Shown here: positions 47,789-58,010 of the stretch, piece after piece
Numbering within the stretch: position 1 is the first letter of the stretch
Layout of the letters: the number at the start of each line of letters is the position of its first letter
DNA from: an uncultured Candidatus Saccharibacteria bacterium
Lineage (GTDB): Bacteria > Patescibacteriota > UBA1384 > XYA2-FULL-43-10 > 1-14-0-10-43-13
Assembly (NCBI GenBank): GCA_964628585.1
Contig: CAZVMH010000001.1
Location: 64,450 to 128,449, forward strand
Length of the DNA: 64,000 nt
Reading direction: 5' to 3'
The notes under the pieces: model-generated
Database searches by the model: none
Told to the model about the DNA's origin: nothing
What the model saw: the letters and a program-made list of their open reading frames with translations, nothing else
Translations under genes and position numbers: made by a program

Positions 47789-50700
47789 TTGTGGGGAGGG
47801 ATTTTGCTTAGACGCCTACAACTTTGGCTTTCTACTTTACCAAAAAAGAAACTAGTTGGTCTTTTTAGTGTCTTCGTCTTTGTTCTAGTATTGGGAGCAT
47901 ACTTCATATATCAAAAATTCTCTGCCGATGAATTTATTGATACCCGTATGAACATATCTGGACGGGTTTTTGATGCCGATGCAAAAACGTCTCTTGCTGG
48001 AGTCAAAGTCTCATTCATATCAAGAAATTACGACGGTCTTGGCACAACTCCAGCACCCCTTGAGTATACTTCTGACGCACTGGGTGCTTTTAATGTTACT
48101 CTACCAGATGAAGTAACCTATGATCTGGTTCTTTTTGAAAAAGAAGGCTACTTTGATATTGAGGGTACATATGCCTTAGAATCGGCCACTTCGGAGCCAA
48201 AAGAAGTAACACTTGCTATTACCATGAAACCAGGTTTTGGCAGGGAAAATGTACATCTGCAGACCATTATGCCAAAATGGAATCTAATATCTTCTCCTCT
48301 TGTTCCAGAAGACAGCAATCCAGCAAGCTTTTTTACCTATTACAGCGTAGCTGAAGATAACCTAAATATTAAAAAAAGCCAGCTTAATCTCACCGATAGC
48401 AACAAAGATACCGAGCTTTATCGTTGGGAAAACGCCAATCAGGGATTAAAAGTATATGATCAATGGTCTTCTGATGATTTTGGTCCAATAGAAGCCGGTG
48501 CCGGATATTGGCTCGAATACAAGGGCGAAACACCCAAAACTATTGTTATGCGAGGTAAACAGGAGAACTCTCTTCCAAACGGCACCTTTAATATTGCTAA
48601 AGCAGGTTGGGCGCTGATTGGTCTGCCTACCATAAATCAAATGCGAATGTCCGAGATCGGAATTGAAAAAGATGGCCAGCTAATGACCATTAATGAAGCT
48701 TTTGGAAAAGGAGAAGTAGAAGAGATATATTATTGGGATAATGGTAACCAAGGACTTTTAAACTACAACGATTGGTCAGGCGAAGAAGCTCTAGCTGAAG
48801 TCGGTTCTGGCTACTGGATAAAGACCAAAAATGATAATACAAAAATCTTTACAGGTCAGACTTTTATTGGTCATATGCAAACACCTAACGGCATCCCACT
48901 CCCGGGTGTCAATATCGGCTTTATGGCAGATAGCACCAACACCTACAACCCTAGCCAGCTTGCCACAACTGACGCAAATGGCAACTTTTCAATGACCAAT
49001 CTTAATCCTGCCTACAAATGGATTACGATACAAAAAAATGGTTATGTAAAAATTGAAGCTACAGTTACTACCAAAGAATCCGCGACGCAATATCTTGGTG
49101 GTCTAAACTTTCTTCTAGAGCCAGGTGAGGGAACGAAATATGTTCAAATTGTCCCGCTTAAAAAGGATCAAAAAACTAATTTCGGACTCTCAATCATACC
49201 TAGTAGCAGTACCACTCTTAATACAATTGTAAAAGAGGGCGATAATTATGTACAAAAACCACTCCAAGACCAAATCTCTGCCTTCGAGCTTTCAAAAGAA
49301 GAATTCATCCCAATGGAAGCAGATAAATTTACTAACTCTGATGGTGATCAACTAACACAGGAATTAACTGGTTCAACCTCAGGATCTATAGATAGTAATA
49401 CTTATATATTTGGTGGTATCGACAAAGCAACCAATAAGCCGACTGACATGATCTCATACTATGACCCGGTTTCCCAATCAATTAATACACTAAATACGAA
49501 GTTGCCAAAACCACTAACCGGAGCAGGAAGCTTTACTCTGCCGGGGGAAAATACAATTATCATCTTTGGCGGAGCTACTACTGACAGTCAAAAATCTGAT
49601 TCCATTTATGCTTTATCAACCGACAATGACACAATCAACCGAATCGGCTCTACTCCTGCACACGAACGGTACCAAGTTGTTAATGTAGATGGTAATTTAG
49701 TTCTAATTGGTGAGGATTCCAATGCCGTTACTGTACATCTTCTAAATCTAAAGTCTCTGACTCAACAGATTAAATCAGGCAACTGTCTTGTTAAAGATGC
49801 CACCTGTAGCCTCAACCTGGTCTCGAGCCCCTGGGCCCCAACAACAAAAATCGGTATCGGTTCAACTCCGTATTACAAAAATGGCAAACTATACTTTTTT
49901 GGTGGTGTAAAAAATGGTAATCCAGTTAATTCGATTTATGCTGTTCCAACCAACCCAATGCCAACAAATGATTCTTCTCTAAATCAATTGTCCCAAACCC
50001 TGCCTTACCCCGTAGCATATTCTTCATCCCTAGCCCTGTCTGACTCAAGTAAACTCTATCTAATGGGTGGAAAATCAGAGAATGGCGATCTAACCGATAA
50101 GATAACAGCTATTTCGTTTGCAGATCCCAGCAATATTGGTGTTTCTCAGATTGACCACAAATTGTCCAGACCGTCGGGCGATGTTGCTTTCAGCGCAGAT
50201 GCTTGGGATAATCTTCATGTCTTTTCCTCTTCAGCCTATACTGAACCAGATATTACCATAAATGAAAACGGAGATATTAATGAAGGTGAAGTTCCAGAGA
50301 TAAAATACAATCAAGTTATCTCTCCTAACTCTTCACTTAAACCGGGTCAGGTCTATTCTATTACCCCTTCTTCTTCATATGCTTTAGTAATCGTCTCATC
50401 TGTTGATTCGCCAGAAAGACCTCTTGATTTTGAGACTGCCAGTTTGCCAACCCAATCTTTTATGGTTTCTAAACCAAACAGTGAATACTTTATTACTTCT
50501 TCTTCATTAGGAGAAGAACCCTTAAAACATTACAAGTTTACTTTTGAAGGAGAAGAATACAATCTCAAGCAAGCTGCTGAACAAAATCTCATTAATTCAA
50601 AAATCAAGATTGATGATAGAGAAATTGATCTTGCCAGTCTACCAACACAAGACTTAAGCAAAACATATGTCTCACCGGGCAGTGTACTGTCTTTTACCGA

Positions 50701-52789
50701 CAAAGCAGACATGTATGTTACACGTGATTACGACGATTTAGAGCCTGCTTACTCAACAGGTTATATGCTAATTGACGAACTAGTCAAAGGTCTCAAAACA
50801 GAAGGTCTAAATGATGTCCAGGTTGACGATATACTCAATTTACTCAATAATTGTACCCCAAGCTTCTTTGATCGTCGTTCCGGTGATGCAGAGAGAGAGG
50901 AATGTCTAAATTCATTAGAAGAACCACGTAGTTTTAGGACTGAAGATGTTTTTGCACCGGTAAGTGCAGAGAAGCCAGAGAAAGGTTTAGCGAAGGCAAA
51001 CCCTTTGGTTAAGGGGGCTGAAGCAATCAGCGTAGGAAAGCTTTGGGACAAGGCAAAAGGGGCAGTGCTTACTACTACCCGAACTGTAAAAGCGGTTTTT
51101 GGTCCTGATTACAATGTTGAAAGAGATACAAAACGATTTGTCGAAAAATGGAATGAGCCACACAAAAAAGCCCGAACTGCATATCTGATTAAGGACCTTG
51201 GTCATGAGAAAAGACTTTCTATGTGGTACAGCTATTACATTGAAACACAGGAAAACCATTTAAAATTTTATTTTGACAAGCGATTTAAATACAAAAACGC
51301 AAGATACAACAATCCCTTTTATTACAAAAGGTTTTGGTTTACTGGAACAACTTTAAGCGGTCGTTATGACAATTTTGATAAGGATCCAGCCAATGCATGG
51401 TACACAAGCAAAAAATTAGACTATCTCTATGCCTTTTTCTGGCCAGATCTAAAGAAGAATCGTTATCAAGCAGAGTTTACTCCAGAAGAAAGGAGTCGTT
51501 TAGAGATGATAGTTAAAACAATGAAGAAGGAAAAGCTTAACCTTGTGCCGGTCTATGACAATGACGCAATTCGTGACGAAACTGGAGAGCTTGCAATTAA
51601 CTGGATAATTATGCCGATGGCCTTGAACTTTACTTCTAAGACTGTTATTGGTAGTTTGATCGGGGCTGTCGAATCTAGGCTGACTACACAAACGACTAGA
51701 GGGTTAATAAAAGAGCTTGCCACACTTACTAAAATAGAAAAAACCATGCCTAAAGTAGTACAGGCCACAAAAGTAGACCTCGATCTGGCACTTCGTTCTG
51801 AGGCAAAGAGGAGTGTTTCGGCAGGAGTTGGAAAATCCTTATTCGAACGTTTCATTTCAGACGAATTTAGACCCCATACGCCAACAATGTCAAGACTGGG
51901 AGGTTTGGGTGATGACTTTTTTTGGAAACCAATGAAGATAGGGGAACCCGGAGTGCCTACGGAATATACTGCACTTGAATCTTATTATCAAACATTATTA
52001 ATAAACAAAAGGGCTGTTGAATGGGGAGAGAAAATGGTGGTTGAAGAGGCTCCCATCTATAAAGCCATAATTTCGACAATGGAAGGCAAAGGGCATGAAA
52101 ACGATGTTGTTCAATATTCTACTTACGAATTAGCTCATCTTTTAAGAAATACCGGGAAGTTTCATCCGTCACCTGGTAGTGAGAACGTATTGGCAACCTA
52201 CAATAGCTGTGGAGACAATTTATTTCCGCAAATACGTGTGACTGACCAGTATCTGGATGATTATTTGTTTGAACAAGTTATGACACATGAGGATGCACAC
52301 TGGCTTCAGGGAGGTTATAGTCTTAGCGATAGAATTATAGATGCTGGTGGTGCCTGTAGTTTTGCTGCAATTGATGAATCTCTCGCAGAGATTGTCAGTC
52401 AATTAAATTTTCAAAAAATGCATCCTGACATACCAGTGCCCAGTTATAGTTATCCGGAATCAGTTAATATTATGAAGGCGCTAATAAGAGCATATGAAAG
52501 GAAATTAAGGAGGGAGGCCCTCCCGGGTCAGGTGATTACTTATGAAGAGGCAGCTTGGAAATTATTTATTGAAAATAATCTAAAAGGAAATTACTATTTT
52601 GATACTATATTTCTTAGGGAAGCAATTAGAACCAGTGCAGGGGCAATGAAGTCTAACTCTTTGTATTCAGAAGCTATACAAAAAACATGTTTAGCCGACT
52701 TCGTGGCTACAACCCCGGAAGAAATCAGCAGGTCAAATCAAATGGTACAAGCAAGATTGGCCGAAATTGAATTATTTTTTCCTGAGTAA
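47789..52789 (+). CDS. 1666-aa membrane-anchored surface protein: carboxypeptidase-regulatory-like domains, Kelch propeller, C-terminal zincin-like domain
   Basis: N-terminal TM; two W.LI..P...GYW modules; YIFGG/IIFGG/YFFGG/YLMGG repeats; THEDAH...IDESLAE. Confidence 0.75.
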   Translation: MWGGILLRRLQLWLSTLPKKKLVGLFSVFVFVLVLGAYFIYQKFSADEFIDTRMNISGRVFDADAKTSLAGVKVSFISRNYDGLGTTPAPLEYTSDALGAFNVTLPDEVTYDLVLFEKEGYFDIEGTYALESATSEPKEVTLAITMKPGFGRENVHLQTIMPKWNLISSPLVPEDSNPASFFTYYSVAEDNLNIKKSQLNLTDSNKDTELYRWENANQGLKVYDQWSSDDFGPIEAGAGYWLEYKGETPKTIVMRGKQENSLPNGTFNIAKAGWALIGLPTINQMRMSEIGIEKDGQLMTINEAFGKGEVEEIYYWDNGNQGLLNYNDWSGEEALAEVGSGYWIKTKNDNTKIFTGQTFIGHMQTPNGIPLPGVNIGFMADSTNTYNPSQLATTDANGNFSMTNLNPAYKWITIQKNGYVKIEATVTTKESATQYLGGLNFLLEPGEGTKYVQIVPLKKDQKTNFGLSIIPSSSTTLNTIVKEGDNYVQKPLQDQISAFELSKEEFIPMEADKFTNSDGDQLTQELTGSTSGSIDSNTYIFGGIDKATNKPTDMISYYDPVSQSINTLNTKLPKPLTGAGSFTLPGENTIIIFGGATTDSQKSDSIYALSTDNDTINRIGSTPAHERYQVVNVDGNLVLIGEDSNAVTVHLLNLKSLTQQIKSGNCLVKDATCSLNLVSSPWAPTTKIGIGSTPYYKNGKLYFFGGVKNGNPVNSIYAVPTNPMPTNDSSLNQLSQTLPYPVAYSSSLALSDSSKLYLMGGKSENGDLTDKITAISFADPSNIGVSQIDHKLSRPSGDVAFSADAWDNLHVFSSSAYTEPDITINENGDINEGEVPEIKYNQVISPNSSLKPGQVYSITPSSSYALVIVSSVDSPERPLDFETASLPTQSFMVSKPNSEYFITSSSLGEEPLKHYKFTFEGEEYNLKQAAEQNLINSKIKIDDREIDLASLPTQDLSKTYVSPGSVLSFTDKADMYVTRDYDDLEPAYSTGYMLIDELVKGLKTEGLNDVQVDDILNLLNNCTPSFFDRRSGDAEREECLNSLEEPRSFRTEDVFAPVSAEKPEKGLAKANPLVKGAEAISVGKLWDKAKGAVLTTTRTVKAVFGPDYNVERDTKRFVEKWNEPHKKARTAYLIKDLGHEKRLSMWYSYYIETQENHLKFYFDKRFKYKNARYNNPFYYKRFWFTGTTLSGRYDNFDKDPANAWYTSKKLDYLYAFFWPDLKKNRYQAEFTPEERSRLEMIVKTMKKEKLNLVPVYDNDAIRDETGELAINWIIMPMALNFTSKTVIGSLIGAVESRLTTQTTRGLIKELATLTKIEKTMPKVVQATKVDLDLALRSEAKRSVSAGVGKSLFERFISDEFRPHTPTMSRLGGLGDDFFWKPMKIGEPGVPTEYTALESYYQTLLINKRAVEWGEKMVVEEAPIYKAIISTMEGKGHENDVVQYSTYELAHLLRNTGKFHPSPGSENVLATYNSCGDNLFPQIRVTDQYLDDYLFEQVMTHEDAHWLQGGYSLSDRIIDAGGACSFAAIDESLAEIVSQLNFQKMHPDIPVPSYSYPESVNIMKALIRAYERKLRREALPGQVITYEEAAWKLFIENNLKGNYYFDTIFLREAIRTSAGAMKSNSLYSEAIQKTCLADFVATTPEEISRSNQMVQARLAEIELFFPE

Positions 52790-52799
52790 AGGATTGCTT

Positions 52800-53663
52800 A
52801 TGATGAATGATGAATTCTCCATGAACCCGATTGAACAGGCTTTTTCAACTGAAAATAGTCAGGAAATTATGGATTTGTGGAAGCAGAGCACCGAACTTCA
52901 AGAGGAGATTATTCCTAATCTTGTTATTATAAATAACATTACAAACAGACAACGTCTCATTGGGTTTTTTAAAGATAGGTTTCCCCAAACATCCGATAAA
53001 GAAAAAAACAATATCTTGGTTGCCTTATCAAAAATTTGTTACAGAGATCCTGAACTTCAATCTGATATAATAAAATATATTGGGAGTATGCCAAAAGAGC
53101 ATCCAGAACTAAATCAAACAGTTATTAACTGCTTAAAAGACATTAGTTCAAGTCTGGTTTATGGTTACGAAACCGAACTTAATAGAGATGGAGAATTTCC
53201 AACCAAAATATCTGAAAATTTGAATCAAATATTTTCTTATCTAATACAATTTGCTGATGGTGATTACGGCGATCAAATAAAAATGAATGCGCTACAGGAT
53301 ATTTTTCGTTATAAATTTGTTCATCAGGAGGATCATTTGGTGTCGGTACTTAAAAAACTTATAGAAACTGGTAGTCCGGAGCTTAGCACCTATGCTTTTT
53401 CGGAATTAGCGGGAATTGTTGATTCAAGTGACGGTTATTATAAAAAAGCACTTAAAAATGAAATTGAAAAATTGGATCCAAAAAATTGTCCAAAAGATGA
53501 CCTATTAAGATTAATTATTATTCTTAATCATACTGGTGACTCTAGCCATATACCATTTCTTGAAGATTTAAAAAATAAGTATTTTCTTGGAGACAATGAA
53601 TGTACTTATTATATTGATCACGCTATAAAAGCTATAAAATTAAGGGGGGCAAATGAAACATAA
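52800..53663 (+). CDS. Alpha-helical (HEAT-like) cytoplasmic protein
   Basis: No signal peptide; amphipathic helical pairs (ALSKI, ALQDI, AFSEL, AIKAI). Confidence 0.55.
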   Translation: MMNDEFSMNPIEQAFSTENSQEIMDLWKQSTELQEEIIPNLVIINNITNRQRLIGFFKDRFPQTSDKEKNNILVALSKICYRDPELQSDIIKYIGSMPKEHPELNQTVINCLKDISSSLVYGYETELNRDGEFPTKISENLNQIFSYLIQFADGDYGDQIKMNALQDIFRYKFVHQEDHLVSVLKKLIETGSPELSTYAFSELAGIVDSSDGYYKKALKNEIEKLDPKNCPKDDLLRLIIILNHTGDSSHIPFLEDLKNKYFLGDNECTYYIDHAIKAIKLRGANET

Positions 53664-55962
53664 ATTTTTTTCAATTATGATCGGGTTTTTTTTGATAGCC
53701 AATATGTTTAATTTTGATTTTGCTTATGCTGTAGAACAACAACCCGTACCAACTCCTGAAATTACAGTTGACCAGTTGGGAGTAACAGATAAAACTGTCG
53801 GAACAATTGTACGCTGGACAATACCAGATGATGCTCCTCCTGAATTTTATGGCTTTATCTTAGAAAAGAAAATTCCCAATGGCGATAGGATTGAGATAGT
53901 AAACTATTACCCCGATGATTTAAATGATTTTGGTTATTATATGGACGATTATGTTGATCTGGGGAAGACTTACACCTATTACATTCGGGCGTATGTTCGT
54001 TCGTCAAATAATCCCGATGAGAGATACCATCGTTCTGACTGGGCAGAAAAAACAATTACTTTAGAGCCGATCAAATTTGCGAATGTGGTAGTTACGACTA
54101 CGAATACTGAAGCAAAAATTACTTGGGCATCGGACTACGAACTTGACTGTAAAATCGAATATGGTCTTTCAACGGAATATGGTACGTCAAAAGAGGAAAA
54201 TCAGGTTGACGATAGCAACCATATTGATCATACGGCCGCTCTTAGCAACTTAACCCCTGATACAACGTATCATTATAAAATTGTCGGGAATGAGATCGAC
54301 GACGAATCATCCATTATTGAATCTGCAGATTTTTCTTTTAAAACGAAAGGCGGTTCGGTAGATATTCTTAATCATACGGGCAGTTGGGTTGGTAATTATA
54401 AAGCAGAGGTTTCCTTTGCTTCAAATAAAACTGTCACAGCAGAAGTTATGATTGAAAAAGACGGTGACATTGAATCCAGACAAACTCATAACTTTTCCGC
54501 TGGAACAACTTTTTCTCATCAATTTGATGTATACGACCAGACTGAATATAATTATTATGTTTCAATTTCTGAAGAGGGGGAAGACCCTTCAATTGATGGC
54601 GCACAGGGAAAATTTACTACCCCACCTGTAGTTATTTCTGATGCGAGAATCATTCAAGACGGACAAAATTATAATGTTTTGTGGAACACGGATATCCCAG
54701 CAAGGAGTAAAATTGTCTATAAATGTTCTTTTGAAGAACTAAAGATGGGAGAGAAAATTGACGATAACTTTTCTTTGAATCATTCCATAACAATAAACAA
54801 AAGTGATCTCGAAATATTTGAAACCGGAGGAATATATTATGTTACTGTTTACGCTTATGGTAACAGCAATAATGAAAAAGTTGCTTACGCTGGTGAAATC
54901 TATTTTATTCCATTGGAAATATCACTTGCTAGCGCTACGCCCATTCTAGTTAATACGGCAACACTTGAATATGATGTTGTTTTTACATGGAGAACATCTC
55001 TTTCTGCTACTGGCACAGTTTTATTTTCAGGAACTACTCCAGGAACAGTATCATGTCTAAACTCGGATACGGTCTGTTCAGCGACTGCAAGAAATCTTAA
55101 AAGAGGAGCATATCAGTTCACAATTACTGCTACGAGTGAAAATAATGAGACAGAAACCTATGAGGCTGAGTTTCAGATTGGTGACGACCAAAAATATGTA
55201 ATAGTAACTTTTATCAGCGATGACGGAAATAACACGAATTTTTATTGGCATACTTATCCTGAAAATTTAATAATAGATAGCGCGACATTAAGAGGACGAG
55301 CAGAAACGGAAGCTACCAATCCTAGTACGGGCAATCTTCAGCAATATACTGCTTGTCCGATAAGTACAGTTTTCTCCGGTGATGGGCATGGAACCTTGTC
55401 TGTGGGCAGTCTCTGTGCTGGTCAGTACAGATTTTGGGGTGAAGCCAAAACAGATGCAACCACCATTCCAATCAGTTTTGCAGGGGAGGAAGCAACTTGC
55501 TATAGTTCTGGCGGTTACGGAGGAAGTTGCCCTAATCAGTTTGGTAAAACTTTTAGTTTTGGAGTTGCAGAAAAATCTTATAGCTCACCGGTTTTTAGTG
55601 GGTATGAACATAAATTTTCAAGATCACTAGCCTTTCCTTGGCAGTGGTCTGAATCATGGGAAAGTATGATTTCAGTATTTAGATATAGTAGCATTAATAA
55701 TTATAGTTATGCCATACTTAGGCCCGCAATAAGTATTTTTTCAGCAACTGTTCCCGTTGGATCGCCTCCAACAGATACGGTTATATTTGATCAGCTGTAT
55801 AATCAAATTCAATATGATGACACAATACCTTCATATAGTAGAATGCTTCATTCCGGCGAAACGGTATATGGACCACCTTATCCAAATTGTCCCGGCTCAG
55901 TTCAGTCCGTATATTCTTGGCCGTCCGGGTCGCAAAATCTATGTTCTTTTACTTGGCCGTAA
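53653..55962 (+). CDS. Secreted protein with multiple fibronectin type III / purple-acid-phosphatase-N-like domains
   Basis: Signal peptide; GKTYTYYIRA, ITW...IEYG...H...LSNLTPDTTYHY, WNTDIPARS, WRTS..ATG. Confidence 0.75.
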   Translation: MKHKFFSIMIGFFLIANMFNFDFAYAVEQQPVPTPEITVDQLGVTDKTVGTIVRWTIPDDAPPEFYGFILEKKIPNGDRIEIVNYYPDDLNDFGYYMDDYVDLGKTYTYYIRAYVRSSNNPDERYHRSDWAEKTITLEPIKFANVVVTTTNTEAKITWASDYELDCKIEYGLSTEYGTSKEENQVDDSNHIDHTAALSNLTPDTTYHYKIVGNEIDDESSIIESADFSFKTKGGSVDILNHTGSWVGNYKAEVSFASNKTVTAEVMIEKDGDIESRQTHNFSAGTTFSHQFDVYDQTEYNYYVSISEEGEDPSIDGAQGKFTTPPVVISDARIIQDGQNYNVLWNTDIPARSKIVYKCSFEELKMGEKIDDNFSLNHSITINKSDLEIFETGGIYYVTVYAYGNSNNEKVAYAGEIYFIPLEISLASATPILVNTATLEYDVVFTWRTSLSATGTVLFSGTTPGTVSCLNSDTVCSATARNLKRGAYQFTITATSENNETETYEAEFQIGDDQKYVIVTFISDDGNNTNFYWHTYPENLIIDSATLRGRAETEATNPSTGNLQQYTACPISTVFSGDGHGTLSVGSLCAGQYRFWGEAKTDATTIPISFAGEEATCYSSGGYGGSCPNQFGKTFSFGVAEKSYSSPVFSGYEHKFSRSLAFPWQWSESWESMISVFRYSSINNYSYAILRPAISIFSATVPVGSPPTDTVIFDQLYNQIQYDDTIPSYSRMLHSGETVYGPPYPNCPGSVQSVYSWPSGSQNLCSFTWP

Positions 55963-55977
55963 TAAGAGGAAAGTATA

Positions 55978-56661
55978 ATGAAAAAATCAATTAAAACTTT
56001 CGGAATTATTTTTATTGCAATTGTATTATTGGGAACCATATTGTTTTTCTTAAACAGATTAAACGAGTCACGTCTTCAGAAAGCAAGCAAAGCCGTTTGG
56101 GAGCAATTTTTAACCAAAACAGGGCAAGAAAAACATTCGTTTGGTTGCAATGTTAATGTTATTGCAAAAGAAAAAGGTAAGGAAAAATATACACAAAATA
56201 TTAATACCGGTTATCAAGAAGACTCAAAGCTAAAAGGCACATATCAATTCAAAAACGATAAACTAACAATTGAAAAACAATTTATTACCTTGGGGGACAT
56301 TACTTATTCAGAAGAGGGAAAAGATAAAAAATGGTTTATTTGGGCTACCAAATCATATCCAGAGTCCAAATACTACACGCCCAAACAAATAGTCGAGGCA
56401 CTAGACATGTCAAGTATTCGATTTGATAATAGAAAAAAGGGCTTGTTTTTTTATCATGGGTATTTAAAAACTCCAATTGAAAATGATGATTTAGGTATTG
56501 CCTCAATAAAAATTGTAGTTGACGGAAAAGATAAATTTATTAAACAGATCGAGCTGGTTGGCAGACAAAATAACATTATAATAACTAAAAAAGTTACATT
56601 TTCAGATTATGACAAAGTGTTTGATATTAACAAACCGGACGATAAAGATATTGTTAAATAA
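55978..56661 (+). CDS. Membrane-anchored LolA/LppX-like beta-sheet protein
   Basis: N-terminal TM; ends ...TFSDYDKVFDINKP. Confidence 0.5.
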   Translation: MKKSIKTFGIIFIAIVLLGTILFFLNRLNESRLQKASKAVWEQFLTKTGQEKHSFGCNVNVIAKEKGKEKYTQNINTGYQEDSKLKGTYQFKNDKLTIEKQFITLGDITYSEEGKDKKWFIWATKSYPESKYYTPKQIVEALDMSSIRFDNRKKGLFFYHGYLKTPIENDDLGIASIKIVVDGKDKFIKQIELVGRQNNIIITKKVTFSDYDKVFDINKPDDKDIVK

Positions 56662-56683
56662 TTTTAATAGTCGTGTATAAAAA

Positions 56684-56857
56684 ATGAGCAAAAGGACAAT
56701 TGTAAAACACAAAAAGTCTTACTATGCCGAAAGAGATGCCAAGGGTCGGTTTGTTAGCTTTTCAAACATTGGCAAATCTATTGCCGAAGATTCTCGGACT
56801 AAGGCTAAGAAAAAGGTCAAACCTGGTCATGGTCATGAAGGAGATTTGAAGAAATAA
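56684..56857 (+). CDS. 57-aa basic small protein, absent from the ORF track
   Basis: MSKRTIVKHKKSYYAERDAKGRFVSFSNIGKSIAEDSRTKAKKKVKPGHGHEGDLKK; RDxKGRF motif. Confidence 0.75.
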   Translation: MSKRTIVKHKKSYYAERDAKGRFVSFSNIGKSIAEDSRTKAKKKVKPGHGHEGDLKK

Positions 56858-56948
56858 AATAATGATTTATGAAGACAAAATCATTTTGCAAATTTTAGCG
56901 TTGTAGAGTAATATGTAAATACCAACAAGGTAGTAAAGAAATATAGTT

Positions 56949-57116
56949 ATGAATTCAAAAATGAAATGGGTATTATTCTTGATAATCTTAATTGCAATTG
57001 TAATCTTGTGCTTAAGAATATTTAGTCAGGAAGATGACTGGGTTTGTCAAAGAGGAGAATGGGTAAAACATGGCAATCCTACGGAAGCGATACCAAACCG
57101 ACAATGCCTCAAATAG
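56949..57116 (+). CDS. 55-aa membrane-anchored small protein, absent from the ORF track
   Basis: TM followed by EDDWVCQRGEWVKHGNP...C. Confidence 0.75.
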   Translation: MNSKMKWVLFLIILIAIVILCLRIFSQEDDWVCQRGEWVKHGNPTEAIPNRQCLK

Positions 57117-57180
57117 CATGACTCATACGAATAGCGAATTTTACTAATAACGAATAACGAATAAATAAGTAGGGGATAAA

Positions 57181-57993
57181 TTGGACGCTCTAAGTGGAAA
57201 AGTTCAAGGGATAGCCGAACGCTCTAGTTATTTTTTTAGTGATATAAAAATAAATTTCAATCTTCTCTCAGTTGTTGACGTTTTAATTGTTGCTTTTTTG
57301 TTGTATTGTGTCTATATCTTCCTAAAAGAAACAAGGGCGATGCGAATTTTATATGGCCTTTTGCTCATTGTAATATTAATGGCACTAGGAAAATTACTTG
57401 ATCTGGTGCTACTTAATTGGATACTTCGTAGCTTTGCCACAGCATTAATTGTCGCTATTCCAATTGTGTTTCAACCGGAGCTTCGAACGGCATTAGAGAA
57501 ACTTGGCAGAACAAAATTTCTTGGAGAACTCGCTTTTTCAAAAGAAGAATATGATAGTTCTCTTGGAAAGATTATCAATGCAGTCTTACTCTTATCGCAG
57601 AGAAAAACAGGAGCTCTCATAGTCTTACGCCGTCAGAACGGATTAAGAGATTATATTGAGAATGGTATTAAGATAAATGCCACAATTTCTACAGAAATGT
57701 TACTATCTATATTCTATCCCAAATCACCGCTTCATGACGGTGCAGCAATTATTGAAAATAATAAAATAGTTTCGGCCTCTTCAACTCTACCAGTTTCACA
57801 GCAAACACTAAGTCAAAACTTAGGCACAAGGCACAAGGCCGGGCTTGGGATAACTGAGGATTCTGATGCGATTTCAATTATTGTTTCTGAAGAAACAGGC
57901 GGTATTTCCGTTGCCGTTGGGGGTAAATTAGAAACAAAGATCTCTGAAGAGAGGTTAAAGAATAGATTAACAGCACTGTTACGTCAAAAGTAA
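57181..57993 (+). CDS. cdaA: Diadenylate cyclase CdaA/DacA
   Basis: Three TMs, IVFQPELR..LE, GALIV, PLHDGA, GTRHKA, VSEETG. Confidence 0.93.
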   Translation: MDALSGKVQGIAERSSYFFSDIKINFNLLSVVDVLIVAFLLYCVYIFLKETRAMRILYGLLLIVILMALGKLLDLVLLNWILRSFATALIVAIPIVFQPELRTALEKLGRTKFLGELAFSKEEYDSSLGKIINAVLLLSQRKTGALIVLRRQNGLRDYIENGIKINATISTEMLLSIFYPKSPLHDGAAIIENNKIVSASSTLPVSQQTLSQNLGTRHKAGLGITEDSDAISIIVSEETGGISVAVGGKLETKISEERLKNRLTALLRQK

Positions 57994-58010
57994 TTTAAAT
58001 ATATTAGTGT

